Of a stretch of 64,000 nucleotides of DNA, positions 51,697 to 64,000 are shown one piece after another; within the stretch, counting starts at the first letter, position 1; the number at the start of each line of letters is the position of its first letter. The notes beneath the pieces were generated by a model, which did not search any database, had not been told where the DNA came from, and saw nothing but the letters and a program-made list of their open reading frames with translations. The position numbers and the translations under genes are program-made. The DNA comes from Nymphaea colorata (Eukaryota): positions 16,988,001 to 17,052,000 of the forward strand of contig NC_045138.2 in assembly GCF_008831285.2 (NCBI RefSeq). Reading direction: 5' to 3'.

Positions 51697-52135
51697 TAGG
51701 GGTGAACAACGAGTTGAGACTCGTTAAAGCTTGGCTTGTAAACGAGTTCGAGCCGAGTTATTTGCTTAACGAGTCGAGCTCGAGTTTATAGGTCTACTCG
51801 TTCAAATAATCGAGTTGAGTTCGAGCTCAACACGTAACCACCAAGTCGAACTCCAGCCTTAGTCGAGTTTGTCGAGCCTTAATCGATATATTCAAACGAG
51901 TTTAGGAGTTTGTCGAGCCTTAATCGAGTTGAACTCAAGCCCAACACATAACGATGAGTATCAATTCTATTCAAACGAGTTTGTCGAGCCTTAATCGAGT
52001 CGACCTCGAGCCTGAGCTCATCATGTAACTGCCGAGTAGAGCTCTAGCTGCTTCTATTGAGATATTCTCGACCTCGAGGTTTCATTAGTCGCGCCGAGCT
52101 TGAGTTGACTAAACTCGGGCTCGTGTTTACCCCTA
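51697..52135. mobile_element. hAT-like MITE, copy 2
   Basis: TIRs taggggtgaaca / tgtttaccccta; tggtagg repeated on both flanks; highly similar to 14266-14684. Confidence 0.88.
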
Positions 52136-53899
52136 TATGGTAGGTAAGGGCACGCAATGAGCAAAGCAGAATTTTTTTAGCTGAAGGGTGTTTTGAGTCA
52201 TACACTCAGGTCTGATGTGGGCACTACATACAACATTTGAGTCATTCCAATATAATATTGACCCATCCCAATGAAATCTTTGATGGGCTGGAAGCAACCA
52301 GGCTTGGCCCGCCTCCATCGTTGAACCTGAAAATTTCTTTTCGATGCAACAACTTATTCAGAGAAAAGAGGACAAATAGGAAGCAAATATACCTGAACAA
52401 GACGAGTTGTTAACACTTTTTTACTAATTGCACGGTGCTAGAGTTGGATTTGGATTGGAATGTTCAAATTTAAGTATATTAACGTGTTCGAATGTTCTTC
52501 TTTTTTTGTTGTTTGATAGCGAAACAACTTTACCTCTGAACATCTAGTAGGAAAGGAAAACAAGCTTTTACGTCTGGTCCTTTTCCAATGTTTGAAACAC
52601 TTTGCATAATTGATCAAATTGAAACAAAACAAGTGGGTGCTTCAAACTCGCAAAGTTGTGAATTGGAAGAAAAGAAGAAAGAAACACAATTATCTTCATA
52701 CACAGCTAAATAGCAGCAGTCAAACTTTTGATCAAGGTCACTGCCTCTGCCTAGGGGCTGGAGCCACATGTTCCTCGTGTGGGCAGTTGCCCGCACAGTC
52801 CTATAAAATTTCTATGTTTATATATTGGTTGACCCCAAACATTTAGATCTCAAGGATATGCTTATTTATATATTAAACCCCTTAATCATTTTGTTATCTA
52901 TTTAAAGGGTTCTAGATTCTTTGCATTAGTACCTCTCAGTCATAGTTTTGTGAATTCTCTCCATTGCATATAGTCATGCGTACAATGAGATCCATGCATG
53001 TTGATGCAAACATATACATATATATAGAAATGCAAAATGGATAGAGTACACTTAATGAAGTTCCAACAAGCAAGCATTCGTTTCGGGGTCGTTAAGGAAC
53101 AACATTATGTAACTGTCCCATGCATGTAACTTAAAAATTAGTTAATTTTTGAAATAGATGCATGAAACATTAACATACTGTTACTATTGCCAAACAACAT
53201 CTTCGGCCACTGCTTTGGCTTAAAGGGCCATCTTCTTTGATGTTAATTTAGCTACTCTTAGTCGTTGTTTTCCCAGTAACTCCTCACCTTAGTCCAATAT
53301 AATATCTCATAAGACTTTTATTTTCGACAAGAGTGAGCTCTTGCCTACAAGCTTTCTTAGCTTAGCTAATGAAAATGATTATGTTGAAAGCTAATGATTT
53401 TAAATTAAAACTTTCCATTTAATTATTTTGATTCCAGGTGAGCGAGAGGCTTACAACCAGAGAGCTCTCACCCCCAGCTTTATGAGTATGTAGACATTTT
53501 AGTAATTATTTAAAAAGATATGTTCTTTATAAATTTTTATTTTTTATCTTTGTTTTTGTTTTTCTTAAAAATTTTCTTTTTTCTTAAAGGTATTTTTTTA
53601 ACCATTATACACCAATATGATACATATTATCAGGTTCGAAAATCTAAACGATCTATCGGATCGGATCGGATCATTCTTCGCTCTCCTTAGCGGATCCCGT
53701 TATGCTCGACTTCTTTTTTTTTTTTTAACACCAAAAGATCCGGCTCGTCAATTAGGCCGACTCGGAATACGTGGCTCGCCCGTCCGACTCGGACTATGCC
53801 ACCGGACTACGTGGCAAATTTCTATTTCAGGGCTTTTTCTTTCACACGAAGTCTACTCGTGTGAGGTTTAAGGCGTCGCCCAGAGGCACCGCCCTTGTT

Positions 53900-53908
53900 T
53901 TAGGGTTT
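53900..53908 (+). promoter_or_regulatory. Telo-box in the RSZ leader
   Basis: ttagggttt just downstream of the probable TSS; typical of plant translation and RNA-processing genes. Leader intron donor gtaagt at ~54002. Confidence 0.5.
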
Positions 53909-54567
53909 CTGAGTGCGTGGTTCTCTGAAACTCTCTTGACGGAGGAAAAAGACGAATCGGGTCGTCAATTTCCCTTCTTCCATTCATCTTGTTTGTCCTC
54001 TGTAAGTATCTAATCCTTCCAATCGTTCCTTTATTTTCTCTCTTTCTTCTATTTGGTCATTGTTTGTTTCTCTTGAAGTTCTTTTCCCTCTCTTTCCTCG
54101 GTCCTTCATTCTAATTTGCCTCTGTTTTTTTTTCCTTCTCGGTCTTTCTTTTCAGCTGGTTTATCTTTGTCTTCGTTTCTGCTATAATTGCATCCGAATT
54201 ATCTCGCTGTAGCTCGACTCCTTCGTTTTTGACGGGGGTTGGCGAGTGAAGGTCGAGGAAGGTCTACTGTAATTTATGTACGATTTTGAGGAACTGCCTT
54301 TGATCTTTGTGAGCGGCTTTTTGGTTTTTCTGTGATCGAGGAGCTTTGATGTCCACACCTTGTGGAGGAGAGTGATATAACGACCGGGATTTTAGGTTAG
54401 GCGGCAGCTCGTGGTCGATGGAAGTGGTCGGATGTTTTGAGGATTTTATTATTTTTTATACGTGTCCATCTTCATTCTCTGCGTTTTGTTTTACTTCTCA
54501 GATATGTTGGTTTTGGGTACTTTTGAAATTTATAGCTGGTGGAATACTTGGAACAGGTTTTTTCACA

Positions 54568-57463
54568 ATGTCTCGTGTATATGTTGGAAACCTGGACCCG
54601 CGAGCTTCTGAGCGTGATTTGGAAGATGAATTTCGAGCATATGGTGTGTTGAGAAGGTGTGTATTTTTGTTTATTTGCCTTGACGCAACATTATTTTGAT
54701 TCGTCCTTTTTCAGGTAAAAATGCGGGGTTTGCTTGCCTTAAAGAAGGCCCATCTATGTTGATGTGCTTATGTGCGCATGACCATTGTCCCGTTTATTTT
54801 GTACATAGAGAAAGTAGCTGGTTTTATTCTTTCCAGAAAATGGTGTCAAACTTTTAACAACATGTATGAATATTGATGTTTCCCAAGTTCTATTGTTTTG
54901 AAGATGGTAAGTACAACATTTCTTTTTGGAAAAAACAACTACACTTATCATGCTGGGATGTTATTCCATTTGTTCTCATGATGTTGTGCATTTATATGCT
55001 TTCAATGCTGTCTTTTGATGTTTTTTACTTTTAACCTGAAGAGAATCGAAGGACCCATTGGAAGTCTGTTGCTGGAATTGCCAAGTATCACTAATCTTGT
55101 TTATTCTTTGGGCACTAACTTTTTTATTATTTTTGAGCGTGTACTTTGAGCATGTACTGACCAAATTTCTTTACATGAAACTTCTTGCAGAATCTGTTGG
55201 GGCATGCTTGAACAATTACAGTAAACTTAATTCATGAAAGTCACTATTTATTCATGCTAATGCCTACTATGTTGCTGCTAAAGTGTATTTTATGTTACTG
55301 ACATTTGATATATCCTGCTGTGGTATTTAATTAGTCAATACTAAAGTTAATTGACCCTTTCGTTGTGTGCATTTTATTCTAATGTGAGAAGTTAAACTTA
55401 ATTGCAGTATTTGGGTTGCTCGAAGACCTCCTGGCTATGCGTTTGTTGAGTTTGATGACCATAGGGATGCATTGGATGCTATCCGTGCCTTGGATGGTAT
55501 CTTCACAACGTATCTCGTCTCAGTTTCTTTCCTTTACTAATTGGCTACTTCATTATTAGTTTACTGGATTTTCAATACAGTGTGAAGTTTTTGTTGTAGA
55601 CCACTGTTATTGTTATTTATATGTGGCTGACTGATGACAGGAAAAAATGGTTGGCGTGTTGAGCTCTCACACAATTCCAAGGGCGGTGGAGGTGGACGTG
55701 GTGGTGGTGGACGTGGTCGTGGCCGAGGTGGAGATGACATGAAATGCTATGAGTGTGGGGAGCCTGGACATTTTGCTCGAGAATGCAGGTTGCGTGTTGG
55801 TTCTGGTGGAGTGGGGAGTGGTCGGCGTCGGAGTCCTAGTCCACGATATCGCCGTAGCCCAAGTTATGGACGCAGGTCTGCCTCTGTCTGTGCCATATTT
55901 TCATATCCAGCACCAACATTGTGCACGTTGTAGTGGGTTTGGAACTTTTTGATTGCAACTATGTTGCCTAGCAATTGTCATTGCTTTCATCTGCAATTTT
56001 ACCATATACTATTTTTGTCCTTGGGTGATCTAACTGCAAATATATTGCAGATCTTCGAGAGTTGAGTTGTTGGTACACTGACAGCTGAAATGAAGAAGGC
56101 AATTCCATTTTATTTTCTGTGTTAATCTGATTTTCTAGGGAGAACTAAGCAACTGTTTTAATGGTGAAGTACACATGAGGCAAGAATTCTGCCTCAGATG
56201 TGCACTCATTGCCACATGTTGGAGGGTGTCGTGGCAATTTAACTTGTAAAATGTATGGTGTTTCTTAAGAATCTGTTGCAAAGGCCTTGAGGAACTCTAT
56301 CTCAAACTTTTCAACTATGATGCAGACATGTCCTAAAGAATGCCTATGGCCCTACTCATGTCTGCTATGTTCTCTATTTTTCTCGTGGTTATGTTCATGC
56401 TATGGAGGTCTGCATACTTTGAGTTGTGAATTGTTTTTCTTAATTCGTTGTCCATGACCTATGTCACAGTGGGACAGGGATATGCCCACATACCAGTACC
56501 AGGACAGCGGTATGCCGGTACCGGTACGGCGGTGTCCAGCAGTGGTACGTTTGGATCAGTTTTGGGTTGGAACTGATCCAAACTATTTTTTTTTTCCGTT
56601 TTTTTCTTACATTTTAGCTATATTTTTGTTAGTTTATTTATGCATTATGAGATTATACGTAGAAATTATGAAAGAAATTAAGAAATTATTAAAGATTGTG
56701 TTAATAATGTGATGTGTATAGACAGACACACTGTTGTTTTCCGTACTACCATGATTTTTTAAAATTGTTTACTACCCGTACCTATGTGACATAGTCCATG
56801 CCAATCGAATGTGATGCATTTGGTGCGATGTTGTACAGTTCTCCTTCTGAACACATTGTTTTTCTTTGGAAGCTACAAGGGAATATTAATTTGGAAATTG
56901 GAGAAGCTACCTCCCAGCATACTCCTTTATTGGAATTCGGAAATTGTAGTTAGTAGACAACAGAAAACAATATTCTGCGCTTGTTTATTTTATGGATTAT
57001 ATATATATATATAGGAGAGTTCAAATCTGCCTGATGAAATGCACACACACACACACACGTGTGTGCATGCCGATGAGGCTGTAAGCATACACTGAGCTGC
57101 CTAAAAGTCTGCCCTCTCAATTACAATTTTGTGACACACATTGAAATTCAAGTTCCCTTGTAACATGAAACAATTTATGGCAGGAGTTATAGCCCACGTG
57201 GGAAACGTTCTCCACGCAACAGGAGTTTATCACCTCGTCCCCACCGTAGCGACAGTAGGTCACCAGATTATCGCCGAACCCGTGAAGACTCACCTTATGC
57301 AAATGGGTAAATACTTTTCTGAGTGACCTTCAGACTTCGTTGCTTGTTTATAGCTGATTTTTCTGGTGAGAAAAATAATGGTTATTGTTTAATGGATTTT
57401 ATTAATCTTTCGTTACTGATAAAAATGTCCTGCTTTAGGGATCAGCGCCGCAGTAGGAGCTGA
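54568..57463 (+). CDS. RSZ22: Serine/arginine-rich splicing factor, RSZ subfamily (RRM + zinc knuckle + RS), 186 aa
   Basis: Exons 54568-54656, 55408-55496, 55641-55875, 57184-57306, 57439-57463 (561 nt). [12 protein letters not shown]...[14 protein letters not shown]...[13 protein letters not shown]...[16 protein letters not shown]...RSPSP. RSZ21 versus RSZ22 orthology is not resolved. Confidence 0.95.
56459..56794. mobile_element. MITE with 8-bp TSD in the third coding-region intron of RSZ
   Basis: TIR ctatgtcaca / tgtgacatag; TSD tccatgac / tccatgcc (7 of 8 match). Confidence 0.85.
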
Positions 57464-57569
57464 GGATAACTGGGCTGCAAAATGGTCAAGAAGTTAAGTG
57501 TGTTCCATTGATGGGTTTGAAGGATGGAAAGTTTTGGTCGGAAATACTTTGCTTATATTGTCTGCTCGA

Positions 57570-57730
57570 TTGAACATTGGGAGCTAAATTATGCTTGGAT
57601 GTGATTAGTTACTGGCTTCTTCAAACTGCTTTGCTGGTATTGACACTTTGCATTGAACATTGGGAGCTAAATTACAATGTGATTACTTACTGGCTTCTGC
57701 AAACTGCTTTGCTGGTAATGATGCTTTCAA
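57570..57730. repeat. Tandem duplication of ~80 bp in the RSZ 3' UTR
   Basis: ttgaacattgggagctaaatta...tgtgatta-ttactggcttct-caaactgctttgctggta occurs twice. Confidence 0.9.
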
Positions 57731-58795
57731 ACTCCTTGTTGGTGAGGAGAGGCTTGGCTGCTAACATTTGAATAGGTTATGTTTCTCACTTAACTGCCTT
57801 CTTTACATTTATAGCTTTTCCTAATCTTCATGTTGCATGGTAAGTCTATTGATAATTTAGTCATTAGGGTTAGGACTTTGTGAGAAATTAACTCAGATTT
57901 GCAACTTTCTGTTGTTCTGAGGTGTGGCTTTGGATAATCGACATCGTCTGGAACCTCTACTCTCTTACACGGATTTCTGCTACTGCTTCTCATCGTCTAC
58001 TACCCATTGTTTCTTCTGGTTTTCTGGCCTGTCACTCATCGACATGACCAGAGCTCGGTTTCTGGGTGACTTCATCTAACTAGATGTCCAACCTTTTGGC
58101 AAAGAAATTTTAATTTCTTTTGCGCTTACCCAGTGACTTAGCGATGCAGTTCTACTGATTTGAGAATATGAAGGCTGCTTTGCATCTGCCTCCGTCCTGT
58201 CTTTCTCTTCTAGTGGATGTACATCGTGGCTACTCGAGCGTCTGCCTTTGGCATTTCAAGCATCAGCTTTTCTTGTCTCCCTGCTGTAGCGGATCTCCGT
58301 TTACATCATGGAACAATTCCGGCTTGTGCTGCTTTGGGCTACAATTTTCTGCAGGAAGGAACACGTTGGCTTTGTTGATGACCCTGAAGATTTATTTTCT
58401 TCCTCTGTCATGTGGTCGCCGTAGATAGGAACAGTGCTTACCTTCGGCATTCAAATATTTCTATATGGGACCTCGGCTTCTGCTTGCTTATAGGATTTCT
58501 GTGGCCCTTCTTCCTAGCTCCTCGAAGTCTCTCCCTTCCTCGTACTTCGCATAAACGAAAAAGGTGGCCGTCCGTTTTCTCCGGCTTCAACTAAAGTATC
58601 AGATGTACTGAAATTTGGGCGTAGATCTGAAGTTGCTGATGTCTTAGAGTGTTGTATATCTTATATAATAACATTATCCTCTGGAATGCAAGATTGAGGC
58701 TGCCTCAATGTAGTCAAGTGTCATTGTGCTAAATCATGGCAATATTATATGTGCCTGGTGACGTCCATTAAGTTTATTTTTCAATAAATTTAACC

Positions 58796-59177
58796 TAAGT
58801 CGGCTTATTTTCTAGTTCATGCGGGACAGGATTAAGTGTGGGTTAGTTGAATTGTGGGTTTCGAGATATGTGTGTGTGTGTGTGATATATATATATAAGA
58901 AAATTGAATGGCTACTCAAGTTATTCATAGTTACTCATTCATGAAGGCTGTGATATAGAGTTGAGAAATAAACAAAGAGAAAAATACTGATGAATATTTT
59001 TTATCATTTATTATTAATTCACATTTTTTTCTTTTTGTTTATCTTTCAACTGTTTATCTTGATGGATTAGATGGCCATTGTGAGTAAGCCGCACTACTTT
59101 GGGTAGCTAAGTCGGCTTATTTTCTAGTTCATGTGGGACAGGATTAAGTGTGGGTTAGTTGAATTATGGGTTTCGAG

Positions 59178-59240
<63 letters not shown>

Positions 59241-59420
59241 AATATTGAATAGCTACTCATGTTATTCATAGTTATTCATGCATGAAGGCTGTGAGATACA
59301 CTTGAGAAAAAAACAAAGCGAAAATAGTGATGAATATTTTCATCATTTATTATTAATTTACATTTTTTTCTTTTTGTTTTTCTTTTAACTGTTCATGTTG
59401 ATGGATCAGATGGCCATTGT
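58796..59420. repeat. ~300-bp tandem duplication with an internal (TG)(TA) microsatellite
   Basis: Copies start ctaagtcggcttattttctagttcat (58796, 59107) and end gatggccattgt; (TA)n is expanded in copy 2 (59185-59238). Confidence 0.95.
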
Positions 59421-59995
59421 AGGCTAGCTAAAGTCACCATTCTCTCTTTCTCTTTTTATATAAACTAAGCCGATGAAGTAATTTTTTGTTCATATTCAGA
59501 CCTTTGTATTTGGCAACTGTATTATTGATACTTATTAGGTGGAACAGTCATACGCATTTTGAACATTTTCCCCATTGAATGTTCAATTCGATGAAATAGG
59601 AGACATAGTTTTAATTGTCACAACTGGTTGTCAGGATCATCTGGTTTCCTATTCATGTGTGGGATGACTGCACCTCACAGAATATGATGAGGGGCAAAAT
59701 CAATATTCTGCCCCTTCTGATTCTTGGCTGTTCGGTTAACCATGGCTCTTCGATTCTCAGGTTGCCTGAGAATATCATCTCAGTGACAACCGAGCGCTGG
59801 TGAGTGCTTGATTTCTATTTCCACATAGAAAACCCTCTTGCTAGAAAACTTTCCAGGGCATCTAAGATTTTCGAGGTTGAAACTTCCTCCTAAACAAGCA
59901 CCCACCAAAATCGATCAACGTAAATGTACTGCTAATTCGGATGTCCAATTTGTGTAAGCCTAAATTCTGCCAGGAGATCATGCCAGTGTGCTTTC

Positions 59996-60077
59996 AATAA
60001 GTCTTAACCCTCTTGAAGGCAGCAATAAAATCTCGAAATAAGTCTTAACCCTCTTGAAGGCAGCAATAAAATCTCGA
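59996..60077. repeat. Perfect 41-bp tandem duplication
   Basis: aataagtcttaaccctcttgaaggcagcaataaaatctcga x2. Confidence 0.97.
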
Positions 60078-60449
60078 CCTCGGACCATCAGCTCGACATG
60101 AAATTGCCCGCCAGTTGTAGTACCATGTGCCCGCGTCATGGTCAAGCCCAGCCACACTGTACCAAGTCTTTCGCTTCTCAAGTTCTAGTAAGTAGAACAC
60201 TTGGAAAACCAGACTAATTGGAAGCAGAGCACATATGAACTGCCTATACACAGCTCGTGCTCCGCAAGCATCTCTTTTTCTGGTTGCAAGCTCTTGGAAC
60301 AACTGTTGGATCGGTTCGTTTCCTTCTGTGACCACCAACATATGGGATAACAAATAAAACTAAAGGGTATTGGCTGGAAAGGACAGGAAAAACTCAAGGG
60401 GGATATTAAGACATGTAATCTCTACTGATGTTTCAGACTTTTCAGTTCT

Positions 60450-60775
60450 TACAAATGAACAAGTATAATATTTGAACCGAATTGGTCCATCCTTTCAAGC
60501 TTCAGGTTGACATCATTGATGAAGATTGGATTGTCGCCTCGAATGGACCGGAAATCTTTGAGCATCTTGTGTGAAAGATGGTTCTTTTCAACAGGGCCAC
60601 ATTTTAGCTTCACGCCCAGCATTGGTTTGCGATCAGCAACACCCTGCAATGTCTCCCTCTTTGAGAGGTTTGAAGATGAGACAACCAAAGAAGACTGTGA
60701 AGACCACAACTCTTAGAATAGGTGCCCACAGGCCATCCTTTTACCAGCCTCGTGCATATCTTTCAACTTAACAGT
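60450..60775 (-). pseudogene. Decayed partial tandem copy of the RPB7-like gene
   Basis: VVFTVFFGCLIFKPLK / ETLQGVADRKPMLGVKLKCGPVEK..SHKMLKDFRSIRGDNPIFINDVNLKLE aligns with 62580-63104; frameshifts at ~60660 and ~60492; no recognisable N- or C-terminus. Confidence 0.9.
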
Positions 60776-62579
60776 TGCTTGAGTGCATCAGTAGTGAGTG
60801 TAACATATCTTAACCTATTATTGCTAACTTCTGATATATATCACTAAGGTACTTAATTAGTAAGTGCTAGTAGTGGCTCCTAACGCACATCTGAAGACAA
60901 TGGAATAAGATTTCAGGTGCTGTTTACTGAGCATAGCAATACATTACAAAGTCAGGCGAACTTGTACATTATAAGTACCAGGAAAAAGGGAACTGTTCGG
61001 ACCCGTGCTACATGTTGATTTTCTGGCCTTGCAGAGGGAACTTCCACTCGACCATCTCACCGCTGACCACTGATATAAGGCATGCATTATATAGAATATA
61101 AAAGTTCCCCTTGCTTCAAAATTCATATATAAATAGTTGAAGCGTCTGTTGTAAGTAAATGCATTCTGCACAAAGTTACCCCTCATATAACCTATTCAAC
61201 AGCAAATTTTAAGAGGAATGTATGGTTCCTCAACAAAAGTTTTCACAAGGATTTCTCAAACAAGGGAAGCCTCATTTCCTTCGTTATATGCCATTTCGAG
61301 AAGCTCAATTTCTCTCAAGCTCCATAAGGAATTGATCATCTGCTGGTCTTGTCACTAAATATACATGAAACTTGGGCGTAACGAAGTTTCACTATCGCAC
61401 TTATCCACTTACTGCAGAGCAAACATTTAGAAGGTAACTAGTTCTCAGAAAAACACAGCAAAGAGATGGTTTAGGCTTCGTCTTTCATATAGCAAAGGCA
61501 AGGGCAGAGAAGCAAAGACTTATTATAAGTCTACTTGGATCAACCGGGTTAATTTGAATGCCGAAGCAAATTTCTGATGAGGATGTTGGCATCATTCATG
61601 ATAAAAATGGGTCAGGTATACTTGCCCGACTGAAGACAATCTTTATCCTAAAAGTGGCCACTTTATGTCCATGCACTTGGGTGAGAAACAAACTCAAAAA
61701 CAAAAAGCGGAAACAAACTAAAGGATGAGTCTCTAGACAAATCGTTCGATTGTGCTATTCTTATACAGACACTTTGTTTGCACGTCCATAACTCAGGGTA
61801 ACGGAAACCGAGACCAAGTCACTGTTTCACCTTACCACACTTTTGGTTCTGTCAGCATTATGAATAATGATATACATAATGATATACTGACAAGTAGATG
61901 AATGATAACATGTCACCTTATTAAGCAGAAGCACGAATAATCAGGTCACTGCTTAAGCCAAAAAGGTCAGTGGAAAAAGAAAAGCACCACGCAGGGCCTG
62001 TTATAAAGTCGGTCAAAAATGCATATTAGGTAATTTGGATGGGCAATAAGAATTATACTGCTGTTTGCTCAAATGTCTTCTAATCTTTGGGTAACACCAG
62101 CATCTCCAAAGCATTCTTCTTATAAATTAGTTGATAAGGCAACTTTTATCCTCAAAGCCATAGTTTGTGACTATCTTCAACAGGTAATGGTTGAAAATAC
62201 AATGCTTTCATGTAGCTTCATCAACTTCCAACAAAAGAATAAAAACGACCATTAAGATTACTTTTCATCTCTAGAATTACTGCAAAGCTAAAATGCAACA
62301 CTTAAAACAATTTGTTGGGTCTGCAACTACATAAAGTTGAACGTCATGTTTTGCAGAAAACATGTTGCCATCTGAATGCAAGGCTTACTCCATGGAGAAC
62401 CTTAAAATCTTTTAGAAAATGCTTGATCAAAAATATATACACCGCCATCTGTGTTAGAAAAGAAGCAACATCTTCGACCAGACCTGGAACAGTAAGCAAA
62501 ATAAAGGTACCTTACATCGAGTAGGCATGGACAATGTGAATCAATGCCAAGACAAAACAAGGAAAGGCACTGATTTTTA

Positions 62580-63104
62580 TCAGATGGGACCCAAGTAATC
62601 ACCATCCAAGCTGCCCAACATCCTAAACTCCTTCTCTATCTCCATCCATCTCACACCAATTACTTTGAAGCGGATTGTCCCATCCTTTTCAAGCTTCAGG
62701 TTGTCATTGTTTATGAAGATTGGATTCTCACCCTGAATGAAACGGAAATCTTTCATCATCTTCTGTGAAATAAAGATCTTGTCAACAGGGCCACATTTCA
62801 GCATCACACCATGCTTCAATATGCGATCAGCAACACCCTGCAATATCTCACCTTTGACAGGTTTGAAGGTGAGGCAATCGAAGACGACAGTGAAAACCAC
62901 TTCACCAGTCAAGTCCCTCACTCTTCCACGATCGCATTTCTTTAATTTGGTTACGGCCAAAAAGTAGCCATGCTCCCCGCTCGCATGCATATCTGCTATG
63001 TCCTCTAGTAGCTGTATGATGATTGCTCGTTGGAGTAGTAGACCTGTATACATCTGATCTGCTGGGACTATTACATTCCTCTGCATTTCAACCTCGAAAA
63101 ACAT
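62580..63104 (-). CDS. NRPE7: RPB7-like RNA polymerase subunit 7, Pol IV/Pol V type (NRPD7/NRPE7-like), intronless CDS, 174 aa
   Basis: MFFEVEMQRNVIVPA...HGYFLAVT...FKPVKGEILQGV...GVMLKCGP...IRFKVIG...GSLDGDYLGPI; SHS2 + S1 architecture; ttgcag acceptor 1 nt before the ATG implies a 5' UTR intron. NRPD7 versus NRPE7 is not resolved. Confidence 0.92.
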   Translation of the reverse strand: MFFEVEMQRNVIVPADQMYTGLLLQRAIIIQLLEDIADMHASGEHGYFLAVTKLKKCDRGRVRDLTGEVVFTVVFDCLTFKPVKGEILQGVADRILKHGVMLKCGPVDKIFISQKMMKDFRFIQGENPIFINNDNLKLEKDGTIRFKVIGVRWMEIEKEFRMLGSLDGDYLGPI

Positions 63105-63847
63105 TCTGCAAACCCATTAAAAGACCAATAACACATTACGATTATTTTGTTTTAAATACTTAAGGGAAAGATCTGATTTGCAAGCGTAACAAAATTCTAA
63201 ACCCTGCACAAGAAAGAAGATAGAAATAAACCTAATCCATGCATTTCACAAGTAAACTATTTTGAATAAACGCCCTTGGCGACATCCATAAAAGATCATG
63301 AATATAGTAAATATTACACTGCTGGTGCACAAACTAGGGCCATCAGATTTATTGGACCTGATACAACAAGAAAATAAACTTTTACATCGTCCAACCTGAC
63401 ACCAGAACTAAAGTATTTTAAACGTTCCTGCAAATAAATTACCTCCATGGAACTCCATTCGTGTAGATACATAAGAAAAAGCTTTCAAGACCAGTTAGAA
63501 ATCAACAAGTCCCCAGTTATATCCACATAAGTTCCAATTTAAAACATGGAATTATCAATTATTATCAATCCTCTAAGAGCCCCCAAACAAAGATTTCGCA
63601 GGAAAACATAGGCAAAAAACTCCATGCCAACTGCATAATGAAAGGGTCAAAAAGTTTCCAAGTAATAGGTTCAACCTACAAGCCCAGGAATGAGATCAAC
63701 TCCTGATGACATCTCCGGGAACACCGAACGCAACAAAATCAAACAATGCATAACCATACTCGTAAGCCAAAAAAATCAATGCAAAACTAAAAAAGTGCAT
63801 GAGTTCCCTGTGAGTTTCGAGAGATTCCAAAATCAGAAATCAATAAA

Positions 63848-63852
<5 letters not shown>

Positions 63853-63915
<63 letters not shown>
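63853..63915. repeat. (AG)n microsatellite in the 5' region of the RPB7-like gene
   Basis: ~60 bp pure AG. Confidence 0.98.
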
Positions 63916-63918
<3 letters not shown>

Positions 63919-64000
63919 GGGTGAGGGCTGCCGGACAGACCGAGAGAAAGGGTTGGTGGTGGTGGTGGAAGGCTGCCAGCGAGTGGCCTTCAACCGAGAG

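Noticed and set aside
55497..55640. RSZ intron with a GTATCTTC donor as a second U12 intron
   Set aside because: Donor deviates from GTATCCTT and no TCCTTAAC-like branch point lies near the acceptor.
59978..60397. Minus-strand ORFs next to the RPB7 relic as its continuation
   Set aside because: No similarity to RPB7 or any family I recognise; interrupted by a 41-bp duplication.
63428..63442. GT...AG pair on the minus strand in the RPB7-like leader
   Set aside because: Only 15 nt apart, too short for an intron; either site may still be used separately.

Overview
AT-rich angiosperm nuclear genomic DNA with spliced genes, many MITE/SINE-like repeats and microsatellites; the species cannot be fixed from sequence alone. 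Exon models were built by hand from splice sites and phase bookkeeping. Genes in order: an Alba DNA/RNA-binding protein (-, 3909-5952); a WVD2-like/TPX2-domain microtubule protein (+, 20535-22575) with a U12-type intron; a MIR166 hairpin (+, ~30807-30892) alone in a ~15 kb gene-free interval; a renalase-like FAD/NAD(P) oxidoreductase (+, 38062-~42613) with a GC-AG intron; two tandem intronless PRA1 genes (-), the upstream one with a 1-nt frameshift; an RSZ-type SR splicing factor (+, 54568-57463); and an intronless RPB7-like (Pol IV/V subunit 7 type) gene (-, 62580-63104) with a decayed tandem copy. Two non-obvious structures stand out. First, the MIR166 precursor has a second, diverged copy of the mature-miRNA arm that can compete for the same star arm. 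Second, a double fold-back locus at 1.5-2.6 kb has one hairpin built from an inverted duplication of a PIP aquaporin intron/exon fragment, making it a candidate hp-siRNA/proto-miRNA source.
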